Positions 25,770-34,345 of a DNA stretch of 47,840 bases are shown here, piece by piece (position 1 is the first letter of the stretch; every line of letters starts with the position of its first letter). The notes below the pieces were generated by a model. It did no database searches. It saw only the letters and a list, made by a program, of their open reading frames with translations, and was not told the origin of the DNA. The position numbers and the translations under genes were made by a program. The stretch is from NCBI GenBank assembly GCA_030637895.1, contig DAOWFP010000085.1:1-47840 (forward strand), in the 5' to 3' direction. Source of the stretch: Bacteroidota bacterium. GTDB lineage: Bacteria; Bacteroidota; Bacteroidia; Bacteroidales; GCA-2748055.

Positions 25770-26999
25770 ATGAAAGCAATAAGCACCCTGATAATTATTA
25801 GCACCCTCATCCTTTGTGTCTCCTGCGAGACAGAGCCCATTGAGAAGGAAACCCCCAAGATAACCCTCACTAAGAAATCAGCGGAGATCATTGAGGCTGA
25901 TCATGCCTTCGGCTTTGAGCTGTTCCGGGAAATATACAAGGTAAGTGAGGAAGAGAACATCATGATCTCACCCATGAGCATCTCCTATGCCCTGGGCATG
26001 ACCTACAACGGGGCTGTAGGAACCACCCTGGATGCTTTCAACGATGTGCTCCATTTCGGCGGACTCACAAACCAGGAAGTCAATGAGAGCTACAAGGATC
26101 TGATGGATCAACTGCTGAATCTGAGCGAAGAAGTGGAATTTGCCCTGGCAAACAGCATCTGGTTTAAGGAGGGCTATCCGGTACTGGAAGAATTCATCAA
26201 GACCAATGAGGACTATTTCAGTGCAGCCATAAGGGAGGCAGACTTCTCCGATCCAAAGACCCTGGATCTGATCAATGGATGGATAGAGGAGCAAACAAAT
26301 GATAAGATCAAGGACATGCTGGACCAGATCCCCGAGGATGTAATTATGTACTTGATCAATGCCATCTATTTCAATGCCAACTGGAAATACGAGTTTCCTA
26401 AAGAAGATACCTATGAAGGAGATTTCTATCTGGAAAACGAATCCGAAATTACAGTGGACTACATGGTGGTTGATGGCGATTTCCAATATACCCTCATGGA
26501 CGATTTTACAGCAGTGGAGCTACCATACAGCGATAGCTCCTTCAGCATGGTAGTGATGCTTCCCCACCTTGAAGGCTCCATTTCTTCACTTACTGAGTCG
26601 CTGAATGTGGACAGCTGGAATAGCTGGTTTGAGAATTCACACAGGATAGCCATCAGGATTATACTTCCCAAATTCAAATACAAATTTAAGAACCTGCTGA
26701 ATGATCCGCTGCTTACCCTGGGACTGGGAGTGGCCTTCAGTGATAATGCAGATTTCTCCAGGATTGTTCCCGATCGAAAACTCTGTATCTCAAGAGTAAT
26801 TCATCAGACCTTTATTGATGTACAGGAAGAAGGCACCGAGGCGGCAGCGGCCACCATTGTGGAAATAAAGGAATTGAGTTCTCCCGGGGGCAGCTATATC
26901 TCTTTTCGTGCCGACCATCCTTTCCTCTACCTGATTAAGGAGAATTCCACCGGTGCCATCGTCTTCATGGGCAAGGTTGGCCGTCCGGAGTATGAGTAG
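25770..26999 (+). CDS. Serpin-family protease inhibitor, lipoprotein, inhibitory-type reactive-centre loop
   Basis: The ATG at 25770 gives MKAISTLIIISTLILCVSC. The track GTG at 25743 is less likely. NISPMSISYALGM and NAIYFNANW are serpin core motifs. The hinge is EEGTEAAAAT, followed by FRADHPFLYLI. Confidence 0.9.
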   Translation: MKAISTLIIISTLILCVSCETEPIEKETPKITLTKKSAEIIEADHAFGFELFREIYKVSEEENIMISPMSISYALGMTYNGAVGTTLDAFNDVLHFGGLTNQEVNESYKDLMDQLLNLSEEVEFALANSIWFKEGYPVLEEFIKTNEDYFSAAIREADFSDPKTLDLINGWIEEQTNDKIKDMLDQIPEDVIMYLINAIYFNANWKYEFPKEDTYEGDFYLENESEITVDYMVVDGDFQYTLMDDFTAVELPYSDSSFSMVVMLPHLEGSISSLTESLNVDSWNSWFENSHRIAIRIILPKFKYKFKNLLNDPLLTLGLGVAFSDNADFSRIVPDRKLCISRVIHQTFIDVQEEGTEAAAATIVEIKELSSPGGSYISFRADHPFLYLIKENSTGAIVFMGKVGRPEYE

Positions 27000-27114
27000 C
27001 CCTCGTCCGATCCTGGAAATGTTTAAAAAAAATGAAATAAAGGTTCTGCAATACAACAACCTTTCACCCTAGTTTTACGTTTAATTAATAGATGTTCCAT
27101 TAATCCAGGTTCAA

Positions 27115-27339
27115 ATGATAGACAAAGTCGACATTTTGCGCAATTACCACGACCAGGCGATCGTCATTTCTCTGTCAAATTATAAAGAATCCCTTTCTGG
27201 TATGATCATCGACGATTCCCCGGATGATCATTGTGTATTCGTCAGAGATAACGATCTGATCGAATACTATGAAACCAAAGAAGAATCCTTGCTGGAAAGG
27301 GTCTACTTCAGAGATGTGAAGGCAATTGATTACCAGTAA
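27115..27339 (+). CDS. Hypothetical small acidic protein (74 aa)
   Basis: Isolated ORF in an otherwise empty 410-nt gap. No overlapping longer ORF and no family recognised. Confidence 0.45.
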   Translation: MIDKVDILRNYHDQAIVISLSNYKESLSGMIIDDSPDDHCVFVRDNDLIEYYETKEESLLERVYFRDVKAIDYQ

Positions 27340-27410
27340 TAGTCACCATCATTCCATCCTTTGTGTTTGTTGCTTCAGATGTATTATCTTAGGTAGCAAA
27401 CTTCAACTAC

Positions 27411-29243
27411 ATGATACAAAAAGTGGTCTGCCTTTTATTGGCCCTGACTTTCATCCTTATCAGTGGCTGTGCACAAAGTTTTGAGATTTATGTTTCTCCG
27501 GATGGGAACGATACTTCAGCGGGCACTATTGCAGCTCCTGTAAAAAGCCTGCATCGTGCCTCTGAGTTGGTCCGGGAGAAAGCCGGACTGGTGCCGGTCA
27601 CAGTAAAGCTGTTTGGGGGAGTCTATTCTCTGACAGATGCTCTGAAACTGGGTCCTGAGGACGGCGGGACCACTGATGCACCGGTTCGGTGGGAAGCGAT
27701 GCCCGGGGAGGAAGTCATAATCAGTGGGGGGATCCGGGTGGACAACTGGAAACAGGAAGAAGATGGCCGCTGGTCCACAGTGTTGCCCGCAACCTATCAG
27801 GGTACATTCAGATCCTTTTATGTAAATGGCCTTAGGGCCACCAGGGCTCGATATCCTGATGAGGGGTATTTAAGAATTGGGGAAGCCGGCAAGGACAATC
27901 GGACCAATTTCTACTTCAACGAAGGTGATATACCTGCCGTAAAAAGTACGGACGGGCTCGAATTGATCTTGTTGCATGACTGGTCGCTTACCCGCATCCC
28001 GGTGAAGTCCATCGACCATCTTACAAGGCAGCTCACTGCGGTGGACTCCATCGGCGCAAAGCTTCCATTCTTCACCCTTACCCACTGGGAAGAACATCCC
28101 CGTTATTACCTGGAGAATATGCGTGAGTTTTGCGACCAACCTGGAGAGTGGTACGCCGATTTTAATGTCCGGAAGATCTACTACAGCCCCCTACCTGGTG
28201 AAAAAATCGGTGAAACATACGGCGTCATCCCCCTGGCCGAAAAACTTATTGTAATTGAGGGCAACAAAGAGCAGCATGCTGGCTACATCAGCTTCAAGGG
28301 CATCACCTTTGAACACACCGCCTATGAACTACCCGAACTTGGATACTGTGGAATTCAGGCCTGTATGTTTAGTGATCGAACTGCAAATCAAGCCGGTTGG
28401 AGCAAGGTCCCCGCGGCCATTGAGCTCGACATGGCGAAGCATTGCAGCTTCCACCAATGCACCATTAGAAATACCGGGGGAACAGGCATCTGGATAGGTC
28501 GAAACTGTTCCGCATGTGAGATCTCCGGAAGTCATATCCATGATGTTTCCGGAAATGGAGTGAATATCGGTGAAGGAAATGATCGCATGGCAGACAGCAG
28601 TCCCTGGTGGCGTTCAAGCCCGGAAGAGGCCTCCAGTGGCAACAGGGTCAGCCATTCACTCATTGAGCGTTGCGGTTTACAATTTAATGGCGCCGTGGGG
28701 ATCTGGTGCGGCCTGGTGGCCAACACGGTGATTGAGCACAATGAGATCAGGAACCTGCCCTACTCAGGAATTTCTGTGGGATGGATGTGGACCCCCGAGC
28801 CAACCCCCTGCCGGGAAAATACCATCCATGCCAATCACATTCATCACATCCTGAACATACTCAGCGACGGTGGTGGTATATACAGCCTGGGACTCCAGCC
28901 GGGAAGCCGGATCACGAATAACCTTATCCATGATGTTCAGGTCAATGCAGGAAGAGCAGAGAGCAACGGCATGTTTCTGGACGAAGGAACCAAAGAGCTA
29001 GTGATTGAAAACAATATTGTATTTAACATAGCCCGCTCGCCCCTACGCTTTCATAAAGCATATCATCCCACTATGGTTCGCAATAACGTACTAGTTTGCG
29101 ACGATGAAATTCCATCCATAGCTTACAACAGCACCCGTGAGGAAGATATTCAGCTTACCGGAAACACCATTCTGAGCCAGTCATCCGAATCCGATATGGA
29201 AAGGTTGGAAGCATTGGTGAAGGAATGGTTCCCAGAACCTTAA
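27411..29243 (+). CDS. Lipoprotein with right-handed parallel beta-helix (PbH1 / pectate-lyase-fold) repeats
   Basis: Lipobox FILISGC. Repeated beta-helix turns: IRNTGGTGIWIG, IHDVSGNGVNIG, NGAVGIWCG, IRNLPYSGISVG, SDGGGIYSLG, IHDV. Confidence 0.8.
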   Translation: MIQKVVCLLLALTFILISGCAQSFEIYVSPDGNDTSAGTIAAPVKSLHRASELVREKAGLVPVTVKLFGGVYSLTDALKLGPEDGGTTDAPVRWEAMPGEEVIISGGIRVDNWKQEEDGRWSTVLPATYQGTFRSFYVNGLRATRARYPDEGYLRIGEAGKDNRTNFYFNEGDIPAVKSTDGLELILLHDWSLTRIPVKSIDHLTRQLTAVDSIGAKLPFFTLTHWEEHPRYYLENMREFCDQPGEWYADFNVRKIYYSPLPGEKIGETYGVIPLAEKLIVIEGNKEQHAGYISFKGITFEHTAYELPELGYCGIQACMFSDRTANQAGWSKVPAAIELDMAKHCSFHQCTIRNTGGTGIWIGRNCSACEISGSHIHDVSGNGVNIGEGNDRMADSSPWWRSSPEEASSGNRVSHSLIERCGLQFNGAVGIWCGLVANTVIEHNEIRNLPYSGISVGWMWTPEPTPCRENTIHANHIHHILNILSDGGGIYSLGLQPGSRITNNLIHDVQVNAGRAESNGMFLDEGTKELVIENNIVFNIARSPLRFHKAYHPTMVRNNVLVCDDEIPSIAYNSTREEDIQLTGNTILSQSSESDMERLEALVKEWFPEP

Positions 29244-29266
29244 TGCAATCCTAAAAATCAAAAGTC

Positions 29267-30565
29267 ATGAAAATCAAGCGACGTCAATTTCTTTCAACGG
29301 CTGCCTCCGGAGGGCTCGCAGCCTCACTCCCACTTTCATCCTGCAGCCGGAACGGTACAATTGAGGGTCCATCCGAACTTAAGGATAAGTACGAAAAGCT
29401 GGATCAAATCCTTAAACAGCAGGTATTTAAAAGAGAATTGTTCCCTTCACCTGTTATCATTGACACCCTCGAATTGCTCCGCTATGAAAATAATTTTCTA
29501 TGCCGGGTTCGCTCGAAGGATGGGGCTGAAGGTATTTCTGTTGGTCACGGATTCCAGTTGGAGTCTCTGTATCCGATTTTTACCAACCTGGTTCAACCTT
29601 TCTTTATTAATAAGGATGCGCGTGACCTTGACCTAATCATGGAAAAGGTATATATCTACAAACTTAACTTCAGGTTATCAGGGCTTGCTCTTGGGGCCCC
29701 TCTTGCCACCATCGAATTTGCCATTCTGGATATGATGGGGCATATCGCCGGCTTACCCATGGGCCAACTGATCGGGAACATACATCACCCGGAAGTGGAG
29801 ATGTACCAGGCCACCGAATACCGCGATAAACCCGTGGAGGAGTCCATGGAACTGATCACGAGGGATGTGGGCGAAAACAATGCCAGGGCGCTTAAGATAA
29901 AAGTTGGCGGACTCATGTTTGAGACAGAAGATCTTCATGCCGAGGGACCTCCAGGGCGAACAGAAATCATTATCCCCCTGGTGCGAAAAACCTTTGGGGA
30001 CGATTTGGTATTGTATGCCGATGCCAATGGTTTCTATTCGGTTGAAGAAGCGATCCGGGTCGGAAAATTACTGGAAGAATACAACTACCAGTTTTTTGAA
30101 GAACCCGTTCCCTTCCACTGGTACGAGGAAACAAAGGAGGTAGCCGATGCACTATCCATTCCCATTGCCGGTGGTGAACAGGAATTCAGCCTACATGGGT
30201 TTCGCTGGTTAATTGCCAACAATGGCCTTGAGATTGTCCAACCAGATTTATTCTATTTTGGAGGCATGATCAGGTCCATGAAAGTTGCACGAATGGCAGA
30301 GGCATTTGGGAAGTCATGTACTCCACATATGTCTGGCGGAGATCTGGGATTCCTTTATATGATGCATTTTGTATCGGTACTACCCAATGCCATGCCCCAT
30401 CACGAGTTTAAAGGATTTAGAACCAATGTGGTTTTTGAATGTAATACTTCACCACTTCAAAGTGTAAATGGTGTGGTTCAGGTTCCAACAGGACCCGGAT
30501 CAGGTGTGGACCTCGATCCTGATTTTATTGCTAAATTCAAGCCTGTCAAGACGAAATTCTCCTAG
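29267..30565 (+). CDS. Enolase-superfamily enzyme (mandelate racemase / muconate lactonizing enzyme family) with a Tat signal
   Basis: [26 protein letters not shown] is a Tat / lipoprotein-like signal. Superfamily motifs in order: ALKIKVGG (K.K), LYADANG (DAN), [16 protein letters not shown], then CTPHMSGG. Confidence 0.85.
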   Translation: MKIKRRQFLSTAASGGLAASLPLSSCSRNGTIEGPSELKDKYEKLDQILKQQVFKRELFPSPVIIDTLELLRYENNFLCRVRSKDGAEGISVGHGFQLESLYPIFTNLVQPFFINKDARDLDLIMEKVYIYKLNFRLSGLALGAPLATIEFAILDMMGHIAGLPMGQLIGNIHHPEVEMYQATEYRDKPVEESMELITRDVGENNARALKIKVGGLMFETEDLHAEGPPGRTEIIIPLVRKTFGDDLVLYADANGFYSVEEAIRVGKLLEEYNYQFFEEPVPFHWYEETKEVADALSIPIAGGEQEFSLHGFRWLIANNGLEIVQPDLFYFGGMIRSMKVARMAEAFGKSCTPHMSGGDLGFLYMMHFVSVLPNAMPHHEFKGFRTNVVFECNTSPLQSVNGVVQVPTGPGSGVDLDPDFIAKFKPVKTKFS

Positions 30566-30775
30566 TCAACAAGTAATCAGAGGAGTATTTGTGGCTCCCA
30601 ACAACCAGAAGGCTTATATAAACTACAGGTATAACAGGGCCATTTCTTTTCTTCCGAAGGGATCCACCACATGGCTGATGTAAGCCGCCACAAACATTGT
30701 AATCATTAAAGGAATTGAAGCCAAACGTGTACCTAATCCAATGTCCATTTCACAAAAGTCGCTACATTTGAGAGT

Positions 30776-31591
30776 ATGAACCGATCTGATTATTGCTACT
30801 TCAATGGCGACCTGGTCGCCTTTGGGGACTTACATCTCCATGTCACCGACCTTTTGTTCCAGCGGGGCTACGGTATTTTTGACTTTTTTCGCAGTCGGAA
30901 CGGCAGCATCCCCTGGCTGGAGGATTATATGGAGAGGCTATTCACCTCTCTTGAGCTTTCAGGCATTGAGGTGGATCTCAACAGGGAGCAGTTTGCATCC
31001 GTCATCCACGACCTTCAGGAAAAAAACGGCATGGTTAACGGGGCATTCAAAGTTATCGTTAGCGGGGGGTACTCCGAAAACCTGGAGTCGGTAAGCGGCA
31101 AGGCAAACCTGGTAGTTCTGAACATCCCATGGAATAGACCGCCTGTAGAATCCTTTGAAAAGGGAGTAAATCTGATCTCTGAACGCTTTGTTCGCCCCAA
31201 TCCTGAAATCAAAACACTCTATTATTTTAACACCCTGAGGCTGCAAAAAAAACTCAGCGAGTTCAATGCAATAGATGTGATGTATCACAGCGACAGGATC
31301 TCTGAAGCATCCCGCGCCAACCTCTTTTTTGTCTTAGGCGACCGAATATATACACCCGCCAGCGACATACTGAAGGGGATTACCCGAAAGCAGGTGCTAT
31401 TATTGTCCAGCGAGATCCAGGTGGAGGATATCGAAGTCGGGCTCCTGTACGATTTCGACGAAATATTCCTTACCAGCACCTCCAGGGATGTTACACCGGT
31501 GGTATCGGTGGAAGGACAGAAAATCGGCAAGGGTACCCCTGGCCACATTACCCGTGAGATCCATGCAGCCTTCCAGGCAAAGGGGTGGTAA
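30776..31591 (+). CDS. Class IV (branched-chain / D-amino-acid / ADC-lyase type) PLP-dependent aminotransferase
   Basis: FNGDLV...HLHVTDLLFQRGYGIFDFFRSRNGSIPWLEDYMERLFTSL matches the fold-type IV N-terminal pattern. The candidate catalytic Lys is in NPEIKTLYYFN. Confidence 0.8.
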   Translation: MNRSDYCYFNGDLVAFGDLHLHVTDLLFQRGYGIFDFFRSRNGSIPWLEDYMERLFTSLELSGIEVDLNREQFASVIHDLQEKNGMVNGAFKVIVSGGYSENLESVSGKANLVVLNIPWNRPPVESFEKGVNLISERFVRPNPEIKTLYYFNTLRLQKKLSEFNAIDVMYHSDRISEASRANLFFVLGDRIYTPASDILKGITRKQVLLLSSEIQVEDIEVGLLYDFDEIFLTSTSRDVTPVVSVEGQKIGKGTPGHITREIHAAFQAKGW

Positions 31592-31761
31592 AAAGGATCA
31601 ATGTTGCTGGATTACATAATTTACAAATAGTGCATTACCTGGCAGAAATCTCGAGGATGTGCCTGAAAATAAAAAAGTTGCGTTTTTTGGATAAGTGCTA
31701 AAAATGTCGGAAATTATATGGCTTTTTGCTAATAAATCGAAATAGCAAATCAGCCATAGCT

Positions 31762-33825
31762 ATGAAACCTGGAACAATTTATAATTTTGTTCTGGAGCTG
31801 AAGCGCAGAAGAGTATTTCGAGGGATAGTTGTGTACGGCGCTTCGACTTTGGTATTAATTGAAGCTGCTACAAACCTGGCCCCTTACTTCGGCCGTGAAC
31901 ATCCGCCTACCTGGTTTGTGGTGCTGCTTGGGATAGGATTTTTTGTTTCCTTATGGTTTTCCTGGATCTATGATTTCACTCCTGGGGGTATTAAAAAAAC
32001 CGAACCCGTTTCAGACGTACCCGTAATCATCCCCAGAAAAGAAGTAAGAACCTATCAAACGACCACTTTTATAAGTGTTCTGCTTATAATAGGACTCCTA
32101 TCATATAACATAATACAAGGTCCAAAGGAAAAAAGGATAAGAGACCTGGAAAAATCCATTGCTGTACTTCCATTGGAAACAAATAACCTGAGTCCCAGTC
32201 AGGCTCTGAATTATGATTTTATTGGACGTGAAATTACCTCCAGTCTGTCAAAGGTAAAAGAATGCAGGGTATTAGTCTGGGATGATTGCAGACGCTATTC
32301 GAGAGGGAACAAAAATCCACAAGAAATAGGAAAGGAACTTGACGTATCTCTTCTATTGATTTGGGAACCCTATATAACAGATGAGCAACAGCATTTATTC
32401 GTAGAGCTCGTCTCTGTAGATCAGGCATCACTGCTATGGTCAGAAAGATTCGAAATAAAAGACTACTTGTCCACAGCAATAACCAAAATCAGCCGCAAAA
32501 TATCAAAAAAGATAACCAGAGAACTTCGGATTCCTCTTACCCCCCGGGAAAGAGCATTTATTGATGAACAGCCCTTTTCGGCCCAGGCAACTTTATATGC
32601 TTCCATGGGTAAAGCCAATACCCAGGATGCCTGGAATCAGACCGTTACTGGAAACATTGATAAAAATGGAAAGAACAACGACTTCACCGATTCCATAAGT
32701 TTTAGCACAGCGATTAAATACTTTACAGATGCCATCAAGGAGGACCCGGCATTTGCGGAGGCCTATGCTAACAGGGCAAAAGCAAGACTTATGGGGATAA
32801 GAGCAGGTTTTTTTGACAGGAGTGTACTGGATGAAAGCTGGGAAGATATCGAGAAAGCATTTGATCTAGATCCTAACCACCCTGAAGCTCATGTCGCCAT
32901 GGGATTTTATTATTACTATGGAAAAGAGCTCTATAGCCTGGCTGCGGTTTCATTCCAGAAAGCAAATGAACTTAGTCCCAGGAACAACGAGTACCTGTAC
33001 TATCTGATGAAAATATATGTCGAACTTGGGAACTGGAGGGAAGCCAAGGTTCTGAGCGACAAGGTACGGATGTCTAATCCCTACAATGCGCTTTTCTATA
33101 CCAATCTTGGACTTGTCTATGCGTATCTGGATGAAATTTCCACAGCACTATATTGCCAGGATAGGGCTACAGATATTCTGCCCCAATGGTCTGCCTCATA
33201 TATCAATAAGGCCTACTCACTATGCTTCAGGGGAAAAATAGCGGAAGCAAGGGAGTCTATTGTTGAAGCCATTGAAAATACAGGGAAGAGTTTTCATAGA
33301 TTCCATGCAGAGTTGGACCTGTATGATGGAAACTATGTCAGCGCTGTCCAGTATATAGAACTTGCCAATGAACAAGAGTTTAAGATTCTGCAAGAAAGCA
33401 AAGGAGACGCCTTCCTGATCAAAGCGAAGATCCATAAATATGCCGGACATTTAGATCAGGCCAAAGAATACTACGGTAAGGCCTCAGAATATTTCTCGGA
33501 TCAGCTTATACTGGATCCTGAAAACTATCATGACTATAGCAAGCTGGGGCTTGCCTACGCTGGCTTGGGAAAGAAAAAGCTGGCCATAGATAACGGACAA
33601 AAAGCGCTTGAGCTGGGCATGCAAAATTACAGTGGTTATTTCTTCCCTATAATTCTGTACGATATGGCTCTGAACTATGCAATAATCGGCGATCACGACT
33701 CCGCCCTGAATACCATCAAAGAACTACTGAACACCCGCTCTCTATACACCCTTGATTTTATAAAAATTGACCCGGACCTGAAGCCCCTGCTTGACGATCC
33801 CGGTTTTAAAGATCTTAACCCTTAA
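31762..33825 (+). CDS. Membrane-anchored tetratricopeptide-repeat (TPR) protein
   Basis: The ATG at 31762 (track TTG at 31726) gives MKPGTIYNFVLELKRRRVFRGIVVYGASTLVLIEA. This is the common ELKRR.VFR plus two-TM N-terminal module. TPR-like repeats follow (AEAYANRAKA, PEAHVAMGFYYY, ...). Confidence 0.8.
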   Translation: MKPGTIYNFVLELKRRRVFRGIVVYGASTLVLIEAATNLAPYFGREHPPTWFVVLLGIGFFVSLWFSWIYDFTPGGIKKTEPVSDVPVIIPRKEVRTYQTTTFISVLLIIGLLSYNIIQGPKEKRIRDLEKSIAVLPLETNNLSPSQALNYDFIGREITSSLSKVKECRVLVWDDCRRYSRGNKNPQEIGKELDVSLLLIWEPYITDEQQHLFVELVSVDQASLLWSERFEIKDYLSTAITKISRKISKKITRELRIPLTPRERAFIDEQPFSAQATLYASMGKANTQDAWNQTVTGNIDKNGKNNDFTDSISFSTAIKYFTDAIKEDPAFAEAYANRAKARLMGIRAGFFDRSVLDESWEDIEKAFDLDPNHPEAHVAMGFYYYYGKELYSLAAVSFQKANELSPRNNEYLYYLMKIYVELGNWREAKVLSDKVRMSNPYNALFYTNLGLVYAYLDEISTALYCQDRATDILPQWSASYINKAYSLCFRGKIAEARESIVEAIENTGKSFHRFHAELDLYDGNYVSAVQYIELANEQEFKILQESKGDAFLIKAKIHKYAGHLDQAKEYYGKASEYFSDQLILDPENYHDYSKLGLAYAGLGKKKLAIDNGQKALELGMQNYSGYFFPIILYDMALNYAIIGDHDSALNTIKELLNTRSLYTLDFIKIDPDLKPLLDDPGFKDLNP

Positions 33826-33835
33826 AAATTAAATT

Positions 33836-34030
33836 ATGGCTCAAGAAGATCATCCTTCACTACCAATTGTATGGTTTTTGGATGCAAATGACCTCCAGAA
33901 AAGAGATTTAAGCAATATTTGCTATAAGCTACTTGTGGATGCCATCATAGCATGGGAAGATAATCCCGAAAGCAAATTACAAGACTTAAGAGACACACTT
34001 AATGAGATCCTCGAGAAAAAATGTCCATAA
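33836..34030 (+). CDS. Small ORF A (64 aa), paralog of ORF B; candidate substrate or partner of the downstream radical SAM enzyme
   Basis: The ATG lies 10 nt after the TPR gene stop. It shares SLPIVWFLD and a C-terminal helix block with ORF B. No longer overlapping ORF exists. Confidence 0.6.
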   Translation: MAQEDHPSLPIVWFLDANDLQKRDLSNICYKLLVDAIIAWEDNPESKLQDLRDTLNEILEKKCP

Positions 34031-34114
34031 CCTAGCCCCCTGAGCGAATTTAAGTTGTAATGGCCATGCTCCATGAGCACCCATAATTTTAAATGTTAAT
34101 CCTTAAAACTAAAT

Positions 34115-34315
34115 ATGATGCCTAAAAAACCCCTTCCAATTGTATGGTTTGTGGACGAATCAAGACTCCCGGATGATGACCCAGAAAATCTCCCTGCTGA
34201 GGACAAAACTAAAAAAAGTAAGATAAAAAAGATTACAGAAGCAGTCGAGAAATTTGAGAAAGAGGAATTGACTCTGAAATGGTTAAGAGAAGAAATCGAT
34301 AGGATCATAAATTAA
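34115..34315 (+). CDS. Small ORF B (66 aa), paralog of ORF A; Lys/Glu-rich
   Basis: MMPKKPLPIVWFVDESRL... A 15-nt core is identical to ORF A. The C-terminal block EAVEKFEK.EELTLKWLREEIDRII aligns with DAIIAWEDNPESKLQDLRDTLNEIL of ORF A. It ends 30 nt before the radical SAM ATG. Confidence 0.6.
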   Translation: MMPKKPLPIVWFVDESRLPDDDPENLPAEDKTKKSKIKKITEAVEKFEKEELTLKWLREEIDRIIN

Positions 34316-34345
34316 TCGTAATCTAAGGTATTAATCTTGCGAACC

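Noticed and set aside
25968-26486. 172-aa antisense ORF inside the serpin gene
   Set aside because: The serpin frame is unambiguous, and the antisense frame has no features.
26999-27060. Possible terminator after the serpin gene (aaaggtt-N12-aaccttt)
   Set aside because: The stem is 7 bp and AT-rich, the loop is 12 nt, and no T-run follows. It is too weak to call.
30566-30775. 210-nt gap (and the 71-aa ORF 30468-30683) checked for a riboswitch, small RNA or tRNA; the same check was made on the gaps at 35930-36116, 38082-38268 and 41668-41937, and upstream of the B12-dependent rSAM gene for a cobalamin riboswitch
   Set aside because: I could not recognise any conserved riboswitch core, tRNA cloverleaf or strong structure by eye. 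A covariance-model scan (Rfam/Infernal, tRNAscan-SE) would be the decisive test.
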